This document shows, one piece after another, positions 1 to 11,938 of a stretch of 30,919 bases of DNA (its first letter is position 1; each line of letters opens with the position of its first letter). The stretch is from Eledone cirrhosa. Lineage: Eukaryota. A program made the translations under genes and the position numbers. Location: assembly GCA_964016885.1 (NCBI GenBank), contig CAXHJY010001437.1, positions 1 to 30,919 on the forward strand. The letters are read 5' to 3'. Under the pieces are notes generated by a model. It worked only from the letters and a program-made list of their open reading frames with translations. It searched no databases and was not told where the DNA came from.

Positions 1-536
1 CAATTAAAAGTCGATCCAGTGCTTGACAAACCCATCTTTTATAGATCCAGTTATTCTACATCTAATAAGGATGTAACTAAATGTAACAAAATATTTTCTC
101 GACACTTTTCCAGTTTATACTCAATTCATGATCTGCTCATATGAATACAAAATAACCAAAGAAATTAGGTCAATTAATTTGGTTTATTTATATATTATTA
201 TATTATATATTATTTGTCATCCTTCCGAGAACGACTAAAAGGATCTAAAGTTAAGAACAATATTCATAAAAACAATTTTTTTGCCGAGATTTAAATAGTA
301 AGATAGCGGAGATTATCAGATGTTATTGATAAGTCTTTTGTCTTGTAGGTCAATTCACAATACATGGAAATATGCTATATGCTTGTTGTGACGACAGGAT
401 GGCGCTGGGACATTATAGTAGTTCTGGCAGTAATATTGTAAAAATCATAATTATAATTTCAATAAATATTGACCCCTCTCTGATTAAAGACCAAGAAAAG
501 AAAGGAGAATTTTTATGCCTATGCATGTCTTCCTTT

Positions 537-874
537 ATACACACCGTACTCGATGAGTTACGTTCCTAGAGCACCCGCGAATAGTGAAAACCCACGTAAA
601 TTGGACGTGGTCCATAAAATGCCTATAAACATCAAAGTATAACGTAAAATATAGGCTGGCAAATACTGTATATTGTTATTAATTAATTTACCGTTAAAAA
701 GCGTGAAAAAAAATATATATTGCCACGATAAAAGCCATTAAAAAATCGCGGTAAATATTTACGATTCCGCGAATATGCGGCGGTTTCCACGAATAATTAT
801 TATTTGGGGTTTTAAGGAAAATTCCGCGAATAATCGGGACTGCGAATGCCGGAACCACGAACGTCGGGGGTTCA

Positions 875-877
<3 letters not shown>
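537..877. mobile_element. Tc1/mariner (Tigger/pogo-like) MITE relic
   Basis: Right end ...CGGGGGTTCACTG|TA (TIR CAGTGAACCCCCG followed by TA). Internal CCGCGAATA repeats are typical of Tigger-like MITEs. Left end is decayed and approximate. Confidence 0.55.

Positions 878-936
<59 letters not shown>
878..936. repeat. (TA)n microsatellite
   Basis: Direct reading of the sequence. Confidence 0.95.
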
Positions 937-938
<2 letters not shown>

Positions 939-1540
939 TAAAACATGTCTATAGAATCACAAGATAAAATATATACTATTTCCTCTCCCAATTAGCATAA
1001 TTAACTATATAAAAAATCGAATAGACCAGGCTATAAGAATGAGGCTTCTATGAAGAAATCTCTGACAAATAACCGAAACTAGCGCTTCGCGTCGGCCGTA
1101 GCGGAATATTTATCGAATATTTCGACAGCGTAATCGCCCAGATACAGTCAACTAAACAGAATTAGGTGTAAAATAAACTAGGAGATATATATATATATAT
1201 ATATATATATAATCCCTATAATAATATCTACAGTCTATTTTCCTTCCGTATTGAGTACTAAATTGAATAATAGTCTTACTGATCTTATTGGCATGATGAA
1301 AAGTAGGTCTGGCGAAATGTAGCAAAGATGGAGCAGAGACAAGTAGATGTGGGCTGCGTTTAAGAAATGCTATGGAGGGGATCATCAACCAAACTCCTGA
1401 CAGGTGACGAACATGTATAAGCTCTTCTGTGTAGATAACAATGATGATGTAGGTGGAATACATATGTGAATATATAAAGTAATGGAGATCGTTATAGTAT
1501 GTGATAGAATTATTAATATCAGAGTAATGATAGGCAATAT

Positions 1541-1762
1541 AATGGTTTCTACTTTAGGCACAAGGCCAGCAATTTGAAGGGAAAGGAAAGTCGATTAAAT
1601 CAACCCCAGTGCATTACTGGTACTTTATGTAATTGACTCCATAAGGATGAAAGGCAAAGCTAATCTCAGCAGCTGGATTTGAAATCAGAACGTAACGGGC
1701 CGTAACTCTATGCCACGAAGCATGGTGTCCAACGCTCTACCGATACTGCCAATCCACCACCG
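1541..1762 (-). mobile_element. tRNA-derived SINE, near full length (family A)
   Basis: Reverse complement matches the copies at 8976 and 13260: head GGTGGATTGGCAGTATCGG (A box), TTCAAATCC (B box), CTTTGCCTTTCATCC core, GGCCTTGTGCCTAAAGTAGAAAC tail. Confidence 0.85.
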
Positions 1763-1764
1763 TC

Positions 1765-1950
1765 ATGATAGACAATAGTTATCTTCACCTACACACCACA
1801 ATCACACAATCAGGCTTAACTAAAGAACAAAAGGTTCATTACTATGAGGACTTCTTGCAGACCTCCACAATAACAAATGATTATGACTTCATTTTCTTGA
1901 CTGATGACTTTAATGGACATGTTGGGGAGTGCTGCTATGACCATTCTGGA
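1765..1950 (+). pseudogene. Decayed APE endonuclease fragment of an RTE-like LINE
   Basis: Translation TQSGL...FLTDDFNGHVG resembles the APE motifs YAPQ.G and GDFNGHVG. Confidence 0.6.
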
Positions 1951-2082
1951 GTACAGTACAATTGTATATGGAATACTCAACCACTTTTACTAATAAAACA
2001 GTATAGGTAGTTCCATTTATCAAACAACTAGAACACTTGTTGAAACACATATGAGATCCATCAACATTATTAGGCGTTCATT

Positions 2083-2159
2083 CATCCTTACGGGGTCGAT
2101 AAAATAAAGTACCAGTAATGCACTGGATAATTGCTGGCCCTGTGCCTAAAGTAGAAACA
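2083..2159 (+). mobile_element. 5'-truncated, internally deleted SINE (family A) with 17-bp TSD
   Basis: CATCCTTACGGGGTCGATAAAATAAAGTACCAG core. Flanked by the direct repeat ATTATTAGGCGTTCATT at 2066-2082 and 2160-2176. Confidence 0.85.
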
Positions 2160-2830
2160 ATTATTAGGCGTTCATTAGACTTCTTATTTTCTACCTGCCT
2201 AACTAATATTTGCTTGACTTGATACAGTGGTAAATTCTAAACTAACAAAAAAAACAAAACAAAAAAACAAGACTCTATTTTTATTCCTGTTTGAAACAGT
2301 TTCACAGAAAACCCAAATCTCTTTTTCTTTTCTTGCTGCACATAACTCTTGATACTTCTCATTTGATTAACATAGAAATTCTGAGATGCTTCTTTATCTT
2401 GTTCGCTAGTTCTGGCATTTGTTTATCTATTAGTTTTCTCATAGAAAAGATGTTTCCACATGACAGTATCTATGGCTGAAGAGTTCTGAGAATTTTGTTT
2501 TGTGTTTCTTTGTTGTTTTCATCTTTGAGATTTGCATATCTAAATGAAATCTTCAAACCAATCATAAATTTCTCAGCAATCTCCTTGCACTACTTTTGGT
2601 TGATGGTCGACAATGGAATTACATAATTTGTTGGAGCTATCTGGATGAATAGTTATTTAATAGAAAAGTTCTGTTCCTAATATTCTCTTTGGCACTAATT
2701 ATGTTGTTGTCAAGACATAAAGGCTTTAATTTCTTCCATGTTTGTTTTGATTAAAGCAATCCAACTTTGTATACATATTTAAATGTTCATTGCATAAAAA
2801 ATAATAAAAGGTTTAATTACCTAAATAATA

Positions 2831-3710
2831 TATGTTGTATAAATGTGTAGTAAGATATATTTAATAATAAACAATACACATTTTAGCCATTGTTGTGATA
2901 TGTAACCTAATACACAACTGTCTTTTATAACTCTCCATTTGCAGATAAAAAGAGATTGACCAGAAAAGTTTTAACTCTAATTGGAATTTTCATCAGAGAC
3001 GCCACACTCTCTTCATCTGCCCGAGGAGAGTGATATAGCTTATACCTATCTATATATAGTTACTATATATCATGATTCCACCAAAACCTGTTAGTTTGAT
3101 TGACAATATATTCAATGAATTAATGAATCACTATACAGCGTATGCTGTATAATTTGAAATGTATTTTTTAAGTATATCTAATGATAAATAATAAAAAGAT
3201 CTAGCCATTACTGTGATATGTAAGTTAATACACTATGAAAAAAGCAAAAAGAGACATTTTATTTCTCTGTAGACAGAAAATGAGAGATGAGATTGACTTG
3301 ACTGGTTTTTATTTTAATTAGAGTTCTCATCAGAGACCATACACTTTATTTCATCTGCACACAAAGAGATATGTGGAGGCATGTGGCCTGCTGGTGATGA
3401 ATATCGAACTTATGATCACAATATCGTGGATTTGATTCCTGGACCAGGACCATGTGTTATGTTCTTGAGCAAAACATTTCATTTCACGTTGTTCCAGTAT
3501 ACTCAGTTGAAAATTAGTACCAGCAATAGCTGGGGGTTTAACCCTGTGATTGAGTAGCGTCCTGTCCAGGGGAAGTCTTGTACTCTCAGTTGCTTCATGC
3601 CACAGAAACCAGCCTAATGAACCTCAGGGATTGAGACAGACTTTAGAGATGAAAAAAGATATAGCTAATAGCTATTTATACACAGTATATATCATGACTT
3701 CACTAAATTT
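2831..3710. repeat. Old diverged tandem duplication (copy 1 ~2831-3090; copy 2 ~3141-3710, interrupted by a SINE)
   Basis: Collinear shared blocks: TAGCCATT..TGTGATATGTAA, GAGATTGAC, TCATCAGAGAC, TTCATCTGC, GATATAGCT, TATATATCATGA. Confidence 0.75.
3375..3645 (+). mobile_element. tRNA-derived SINE, family B (Meta/Deu-like central domain)
   Basis: Head GGAGGCATGTGGCCTGCTGG and decayed B box GATTTGATTCC. Central TGTTCTTGAGCAAAACATTT and CCCTGTGATTGAGTAGCGTCCTGTCCAGGGG..GCTTCATGCCACAGAAACC resemble conserved metazoan SINE domains (from memory). AGAGAT on both flanks. Confidence 0.7.
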
Positions 3711-4499
3711 CTAAGTCCAATTTGTACTATTATGCAAATTAAACTAATAGATACCAATTGTAACATATTTTTATGAGTTGGTCAGAGGCGGACAGGCAGT
3801 AACTATACTTTTGCAAGCTATACCAGACTAGTGACAATGATGCAGTTTGTGTTCAGCTTAAACATTTGTGGATCAATATTTGCAGAAAAAACCTGGGCGG
3901 CAAGAGAATTCCTATACTGAGTAGGAAGGAATAGGTAGGAAGTGCTTAATGTGAGATCAAGGAGTTGAGTCACTGTTAGGTTGGTGGGAAGAAGAGATAT
4001 GTGTGCGTTGGTGAATCTGAATAATTGAAAGACAAGATAGGATGGATGGATATGGTGGCTAAAGTGGGCATGGAGATGTGACTATTTAAGGACAACAAAG
4101 GGTTTGGGCTATATGGTAATTGTTGACAAGAGAATGAATAAATAATAACAGAAGAGGTGCGTGAAGGAGTAATATGGATAGGTGATGGAACCATTTGGAG
4201 AGCCAAGATTGATGGTCATCAGTAGGTAGCATAGCAAATAGGACAGAGTTATGATTGTTGAGGTGGGGAAAAAGATAGATGGGTAGTGGAGTGGAATTAC
4301 AGTGTCAGGGATAAAAATAATGGCAATGGGGGTAAGAATGATAGTTGCGTCAGGTGTAATCAGACCAGCTGCCACATCTCACTATAGGGTAGTAAATCAT
4401 AGGGCAGTAGGTGGGAGAGGGAATTTAATAGGAGTTTATTGAGAGCTTTGCTTATACTGGTGGGCCTATCATTTCCAGCACTATCATTTCTGCTGTGAG

Positions 4500-5460
4500 G
4501 TTCAGATTTCTGGGTTCAGTTATTACTACGTTATCCCATGTCTTCCTAGGTATTCTTCGTCTTCTACAGATTCCATCAACATTAAGGGTTCAATAGTTCT
4601 TTATACACCTAGCATCCTCAATATGCACCACATGTCCATACCATTGCACCTTCTCTCTTGTACACTACAGCTAATTTCTCTCACAACCAGTTTTACTCTT
4701 AACTCAACTGTACTCTGTAGCTCATATAGATTAACATTACATATTCAGTGGAACATACTCACCTCACTTCTTTCCATCTGCTATAGATTTTCTGCATTCA
4801 AGACCCATGTCTCACTAGCATGCAGCAAGCATAATATAGTATGTCCTTCATTCTGAGAGAAAAACCTTTTGTTGCTAGCAGAGGTAATAGCTCCCTGAAT
4901 TTCTTCCACCCAATTCTTATTCTGGCTACCATGCTTTCAGTACATCTTCTTTCATAACATATTAACTATGTCTAGTTTGCCTTCTGAGTGTGTTCTTACA
5001 GCTAACTACTCCTGTGCATCTACCACATACAATGTCTGCTTCTTCTGTCAGCCTGCCATTAATTCCATTATACTTCTTGTGTGTCTGTGGCTTAGATTGG
5101 ATATACTGTATGACATATCTAGAACAGCTCATGCCTCTGATCTTCATGTATACTTTTTTTCTTTTGACCCACCGCCACCCACTAGGTAACCTAATGTCTA
5201 GGCTCTCTTCTAACTATTTGCTATAGTTCTCTGCTGGTCCCTGTTAGCTACTCCCTCCATGCCTATCTCAGCTTTTATAGCTCTACCTACAGAACTTCTC
5301 TAAATCAGTGGCCTGTCGATGGCTTTTTCAATTTTCCTTCTCCACATTGTCTCATGTCTTAGGGTGTGAATAGGTCTTACAAATCATGAGCCTATTTTGA
5401 GTGGTACATTCTTCACCAGGGAGAGATTTCACATTTACCATTATCTGTCTATTCCATAAA
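4500..5460 (-). pseudogene. Decayed 3' part of an RTE-clade LINE ORF
   Basis: Minus-strand remnants LLHASETW, WYGHVVH, RRRIPRKTWDNVV and Cys-rich VCGRCTG. Many stops and frameshifts. Confidence 0.65.
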
Positions 5461-5670
5461 AGAATATAGTCTGGTTTGTGTGTTTAGCTAATTTACAGGT
5501 TATCAGATGGCTGGCCAGTTTCTTGAATTTATGTAGTATTCATTCATTATTTATTCAAAGTAATCCAACTTATTTTACTAACGGGATAAAAAAAACAAAA
5601 CCTTACGCAGTCCCGCAGACCTTCCTTTATTATAGTTTAGATTTTAACATTTGTTTTTTTCAATTTGGAT

Positions 5671-6120
5671 TTCGTGCCAACCCTTACCCATGCTCATGAA
5701 TCTTGGGTAAGGACCAAAAGAACACGATCGCGAATACAGGCGGCCGAAATGGGATTCCTCCGAAGGGTCTCTGGAGTAACGTTACTCGATTAAGTGCGTA
5801 GCTAGGAGATCAGAGTGTCACTCGAGGTAGAGCTGCTACTTCTCCGAATTGAGAGATCACTGCTCCGATACTTACGGGCATGTGGTTTGAATGTATGAGG
5901 AAAGAATGGCTGAACAGCTTTTACGGGCAAAACCAACCGGCAAGAGACCCAGGGGTAGACCCCAAGCAAGATGGTTGGATAATATCCATGAGATTGGCTG
6001 GTCACGTTTGGAGATCCAGCCGGATCAGTTGGAGATGGTTGCTTCTGACAGAACCCACTGGAAGGAGTGTTTGAGGACTCTGCCCCCACAACCCTCTCAG
6101 GAACGAAGAAGTGAACGAAG
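5671..6120 (+). pseudogene. 3' end of an RTE-clade (Rex3/Expander-like) LINE
   Basis: PTLTHAHESWVRTKRTRSRIQAAEMGFLRRVSG ... KPTGKRPRGRPQARWLD ... LRTLPPQP. Two stops and one frameshift. Confidence 0.85.
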
Positions 6121-6349
6121 AAATTTTTTTCTCTTTATATAAAAACTTTATAAGAGCTGGTAGTTTACCGTAAAACCATCTTAACCAGTGTGCCATCGAC
6201 CGGAAAGAACTTGAAAATGGATGTTCTAAGACATTTTGATAATCTATTTAATTTAAGTATTGGGCAATATATTAAAAATTAAATAACTCCGTATATATCT
6301 TATATGGACTGTCTACACGTATATATGTGTGTGTGCCAGTGTGTAAGGA

Positions 6350-6569
<220 letters not shown>

Positions 6570-6599
6570 CCAACCAACCAATAGGACCAAGACCTATCA

Positions 6600-7040
6600 G
6601 GTTGAGAACTTTAAGGTTGACACTCAACGTCTACACGATGAAAAGTAGATGAGGAGAGATTGTGGAGATTCTCAAGTGGAGGCGATTAAATATGGGCAAA
6701 GAATAAAGATATAAATTCGTTTGGTTGAGTAACCTCAATGAGATGAATGGAGCAAGCTTGTAGGAAAATAGGTGAAGTTATTAAGGTAGCCAGAGTGTGT
6801 GTCACAATACTTAAGCTTAGGCTAATTATTGGCAACATGAAAGTGACATATATTTCTACATGTGCACCACAGTCAGAACTAACAGATGAACTGGAAAACC
6901 TATTTTATGAGATCCTTCTGCAGACTAAACTCACCACTGAATAACACGAACTTATCATAACTAGTTGTGTTAATGGCCATATTGGGAAGTACCAGGATGG
7001 ATTCCAGGATGAGCGTGGAGGCTATGGTTTTGTGTAAGAC
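6600..7040 (+). pseudogene. Decayed APE endonuclease region of an RTE-like LINE
   Basis: TYISTCAPQSELTDE...NLFYE followed by VNGHIG...GGYGF. Homologous in kind to 1765-1950. Confidence 0.65.
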
Positions 7041-7390
7041 GTGAGTAAGACATGAGGAGGGATATACACACTACACATGCTAGCAGAAAACCACCCGAAT
7101 GGTGGTTTTTCTGCTAGTAGTTTTAAAACAGAAATGGATGCATGCATTGTATTTTTCAGTAAATGAATCCAGGGCCGTCTCAACGGCATTGAAAGGAAAA
7201 GCAATCCACTGGGGAACCCTACATACACAACCACTCCATACAATTATTCAGTGAGGCTACTGTTAGCTGCCCAGTAGAGTGCCTACGCCTTAAGACGGCG
7301 TGTGCGCGTGCATATAAATGAGTACACAACCTTTCTGAATATCGTGGTACTTTCAAATTTACCTCAAAACCTTGCGGCACACTTGTAGAT

Positions 7391-7510
7391 AACAGGCGAC
7401 ACACAAGTGTGTTACGGTATAGTGGTAGAAAACAGGCGACACACAAGTGTGTTACGGTATAGTGGTAGAAAACAGGCGACACACAAGTGTGTTACGGTAT
7501 AGTGGCAGAA
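7391..7510. repeat. Three tandem copies of a 40-bp unit
   Basis: AACAGGCGACACACAAGTGTGTTACGGTATAGTGGTAGAA at 7391, 7431 and 7471; one mismatch in copy 3. Confidence 0.95.
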
Positions 7511-7769
7511 AACATCTGCTCAAGACCATTTAGGAATAACCACTGATATTTAGAAATATATTTTAAATATAAAATAAAATAGCTATAACAATAACTAAAA
7601 TATCTTTTACCAAACTAAAAAAATAATACAACATAAATTTAGTCAAACTGACAACTTCAATAGCTATTTTACATCTTGGAATTGCGTATGTGGTCAGGAA
7701 GGTGTCTTATATTTACTAATATGATTTCTTTACTTTCGAAAGAAGGCGTTGTCTGTTTACTAATATGTC

Positions 7770-7967
7770 ATTTCACGTGAATTTGTACTAAAACCTCGAA
7801 AAAAAAAATTGCTTCTCTCCTCCTCCCACCCACTCTCCGTTACCTGCCCATTATGTCGCAGAAGAATTTCATTGGACCAGATTTGCCGACAGCAACGCCT
7901 TTCACGCTAACCACGTGAAACGTTTAGTGGTGAAAGCACGAGCTCATGATAGGATATGTGTGTAAGT
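7770..7967 (+). promoter_or_regulatory. Candidate promoter and non-coding first exon of the SLC7 gene
   Basis: Two CACGTG E-boxes (~7774, ~7912) and a CpG-containing patch. GTAAGT donor at 7962; candidate acceptor TTTTCAG ending 8509 just upstream of the ATG. Confidence 0.35.
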
Positions 7968-8532
7968 TTGGATCTATAACAATGAAAGCAACAAAAGAAA
8001 ACAAACTGTCAAGAGAAAGGAGAATAAAATAGATATTAATTGGGGGGTTTTACAGTAAGGAATTTTGCATGTTTGTCAGTACCTTTTTTTTGGTTGGTGT
8101 TTTGTTTCGTTGTTTTCCAACTAAACATTCAGATTGTAAATGCCACTGAAATCAAATGAAACCATTCGAAAATCTCAGTGTGATAAGTTTAAATTATTAG
8201 ATTAGTTGCTACAGATTATTGAACTTTTCTCATTATTCTGACACTGTTATTCCTGATACTCTATCTTTCCGCATTTATTTTAATAACAAGTAGTTATAAA
8301 TGTGCGCGGCTATCACTACTAGTGCGCAAAACACAGTCATACACAAATCAACTGCAACGAACTTACACATGTAAAACACATGCATAGATGTATCAATACA
8401 AAGTTGTATTGAGCTTTTAAATACATGAATATAAAATAAGAAGAATCATTGCAGATATTAGCTACTAAACAGTTGGTTTGGCCGATACACTACAATCCAT
8501 AGTTTTCAGCGTCTGTTAAAGAATTCTAAACC

Positions 8533-8727
8533 ATGGTTGCTGAAAATAATATTAAGTCTCCCCCTAGCCGATCATCCGATAATGGCTCTCAAACAAACGA
8601 TGGAAAAGGTCCCATAAAACTAAAAAAAAGAATTGGGCTCTTTTCTAGTGTTGGTATAATCGTTGGTACAATTATTGGATCGGGAATATTTGTCACGCCT
8701 CGTGGAGTCTACGAAGGTGCTGGTTCT
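8533..8727 (+). CDS. First coding exon of an SLC7 L-type/y+L/b0,+ amino-acid transporter light chain (APC superfamily)
   Basis: ACCATGG Kozak context. LKKRIGLFSSVGIIVGTIIGSGIFVTPRGV...GS is the LAT TM1 signature. Phase-0 donor GTAAGT at 8728. Confidence 0.93.
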
Positions 8728-8975
8728 GTAAGTATTTCTTTCCGCTTTCTGTGCATTCCTTAAAAGCTATAACATTTTTTTCTTTTTTTTTTTCATTCAG
8801 CTTTTAGTATGTTTATATTTGAACATTTCATGTTTATCATTTGATGGCTTATGCCAATGATTAGTTTACAAACATACCTTTCTCTCTCTCATGACATTTC
8901 AGTAATGGAACTTACATTTTAAATACTGCCATCATCCACGCCCGCTTTTACAAGCTAGCATAAATTGAACACATT

Positions 8976-9128
8976 GGTGGATTGGCAGTATCGGCAGAGA
9001 GTCGGACGTCATGCTTTGACGCATAGAGTTACGGCCCTTGCCATTCTGAGTTCAAATCCCGCCGAGGTTAACTTTGCCTTTCATCCTTACGGGGTCGATA
9101 AAATAAAGTACCAAAAGTAGAAACAATT
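8976..9128 (+). mobile_element. SINE family A (3' internal deletion)
   Basis: A box TGGCAGTATCGG, B box GAGTTCAAATCC, core CTTTGCCTTTCATCCTTACGGGGTCGATAAAATAAAGTACC. Confidence 0.9.
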
Positions 9129-9944
9129 AATATATATACTAACATATATATATATATTTATATATATATAACTAGTAATAAAGATACAGAGAAAATTATA
9201 TGGTAGGTGTGTTTCTTTTTATTGACAATACTGGCAACATGGCCATCGCCAAATATATTTTCTCTCGGGTCCCTGAAAAAAATTAATAAGCTGAATGGGG
9301 GCAGGGGCTTATTCAAGACCTGAGAGTGTGTGCGCGCGCGTGTGTGTGTACATAACATACTACAAATGTATCGCGTTCTCTCTTTGAAGTAGTCGTTCTT
9401 AACACCTCTGTGTGTTGTTTCATTAAATTTTTTTTTCTCTTCGTTCTTACCTGCTTTGACATTTACAAATAAAATTCTCCCAATTTTGCCCCCCCCCCCC
9501 CCCCCCCCCAAACTAGCACGTATGTATGTATTAGAGTAAACACAATCTAATCTCTGATATAGATAGGCACATGCAACTTCACATGCATTCCTTTTATAAT
9601 TGTCGTTATCAAGCTATAATTTTCTGGGACAATTATTGTACTATTGGTTTTGTTTTCACTATGCTCAAGTTTACCTTTTCTGCTCCAAGAACACAAATTC
9701 AGACATAGTTAGGTGTAGACAGGCTAGTTTATTTGTAACATCCTCCCTTCGTTCCAACACTATCTGGAGTAGAGCCGAATTGTGGCTTTTGTTACTAGAG
9801 CTACTAACATATTGGTATGGTCCCGTCACTCCTAATTGAATCGTAGGGGCGCCGCATTGACATACGGCGTTTCCTGGGCATTTTAAGAATGGCGGAGCCC
9901 ATCCTTCTCCGGGCCTGAGTACAGCAGATTTCTTCCAGAGAGAG

Positions 9945-10102
9945 GAAGAATCAACCCAAGTACTAAACTGGCACTTTTTTTTATTGACCTCGAAATGATG
10001 AAAGGCTAAGTTGACCTCGGCGGGATTTGAACTCAGAGAGCCAGAACGAATACTATAAAGAATTTTATCCGACGTTCTAACGACTCTGCCAATTCGCTGC
10101 CT
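9945..10102 (-). mobile_element. SINE family A-related copy
   Basis: GATGAAAGGCTAAGTTGACCTCGGCGGGATTTGAACTCAGA is the reverse complement of the B box and core. Confidence 0.85.
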
Positions 10103-10149
10103 ACTGACATATTAGAGGTCCAGAATTTACATATTTACTGTATTTAGTA

Positions 10150-10326
10150 AGGATTTCTAACACATAGGCACAAGTTCGGCAAATTTGACCGGTACTTTAT
10201 TTTATTGACCCCAGAGGGGTGAAAGACAAAGTTGGCTTCGGTGGGATTTGAACTCAGAAAGTAAAGAACCATAACGAAATGCTGTATTTTGACCGACTTG
10301 CTAACGATTCTAATAATCCACCTCCC
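10150..10326 (-). mobile_element. SINE family A-related copy
   Basis: GGTACTTTATTTTATTGACCCC..GGGATTTGAACTCAGAA in reverse orientation. Confidence 0.85.
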
Positions 10327-11829
10327 TTTAGTAATAATAACAATTGACACCAGACGTGTATTGACTTCAGCTATACAGAATATCTTTATGTTGAGGTCTC
10401 CAGATGACAATTTACTTTTATTTCCAATCTTTATCTTCCGCCAGGTTTCACCAATATATTCGTGGTCCAACAGTAATGTCTTTACTGTCATTAATTAACG
10501 TGTTTACTGTTTTTCTTTTGTTTTAGTTTTTAAATATTATTTCATATTATTCTGGTAACTACAGAATACATTATCTGCAGGTAATATATCGAGGACATAC
10601 TCTCATAATTTGCTTTTATATGGCTAGTGTTCTCAGTTTTTACTTTCGAGTTTACAAACACGATCTTATCAGTGAACAAGTTTACATTTTCTGAATATTA
10701 TTATGTTGTGTTCAATGCATCTCCCTCAAGGTTCGTCTTGCACATTAATGTTCATTGAAAGACTTACAATTATGCCTTCCAACGTTCTCTTCCCTTTTTT
10801 ATGACGATAGTATAATTCGTGGAGAATTTGCTTGTCATTTCAGGAGGGTCGAACAAAGGAGCCCTCAATATTTCGAGTCCTATGCGTATCTAAGGCAGGT
10901 TTTTAACAGATTTTCTATTTGATGGTTATTAATTTGCACATTTCTGGATTAGCTTTAAACTTGTATTTGCTTACCCATTAGTAGTTTCCGTAGATAACTT
11001 TCATAGGTTTTGGCCAGTATTGACCTAACTTAATAGCACTTAAGGAATGTCGTTGACATGTACATTTTATATAAACTTGCCCGAATTCCCAAATTTCCTT
11101 ATATAATTTTTGCCCGCGCAGACCACGAACAGTTTCATTAGACTCTTGTTTTTACCTCTCCTTAATTTCCTGACGAATTATAACAGAAAAGAAGAGTTTT
11201 CCTTGTTTCTTGAATTGGATGAGTGTAAATATGGAAGAAAGCGCCCATTGAGTGTACTTATTGTTAGATCCTTGTAATTATTTACAATGTTGTTCGAGAG
11301 TATTGTTTGCTCAGTATACTATCCGCCTTATTTCATAATTTCACAATAGTCTGAAGTATCACATTCATATACCTAGTGTGTGTGAGACTAAAATTCTAAA
11401 TAACAATAGGATGATGCTTCACTTTTTCCCATATGGCTATTATTAGACTATTCTTTTCAGTAAAAAACTGTGGTGAAACCTCATTCAGTTTTCAAATTCC
11501 GCTCGCCATTTTCTAATATATAGATATATATATATATATATATATACAGTAGAGACGTGTTAAAAAGGTATTCAACACGCTCTCCATAATAAATTGTCTA
11601 TATAAGTTGATCAAACATGGCTGTCGTTTAAGGTCCTTACACTGACATCGTTTTCTTTGTTGGACAAACTTTCGTGAGAATAAAAAAAACTCTAACAGGT
11701 TATTCTTGAAAATATGGCGTTGGTAGCGTACGAAATTTTTTATTTCATTTTTTCCGAATACCCGAATCTAGAATGGCAGTAGCAGTTTCGTTTTTTTTTT
11801 TTTTGTTTTGTTTTTTTGGCGTATATACA

Positions 11830-11938
11830 GGCGTTGGATTAAAAATGCGTCGGTATTTGTTCCGACTCACTGCGCTTTGCGTTCAAATTCCTATCGAAGT
11901 CGATAAATATAATGTCAGTCCAGTACTGGAGTCGACTC
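11830..11938 (+). mobile_element. Degenerate SINE family A fragment
   Basis: GCGTTGGA..GTTCAAATTCC..GTCGATAAA..GTACTGGAGTCGA. Confidence 0.55.

Noticed and set aside
3960-4440. ORFs 3976-4206 and 4109-4375
   Set aside because: Purine-rich low-complexity sequence with no recognisable motifs
7391-7510. CRISPR-like repeat
   Set aside because: Units are contiguous with no unique spacers, the context is eukaryotic and there are no cas genes
8728-8763. C-terminal extension VSISFRFLCIP of the SLC7 ORF
   Set aside because: Read-through into the intron after the GTAAGT donor
8976-9062. tRNA gene
   Set aside because: The A/B boxes belong to a multi-copy SINE head; no cloverleaf
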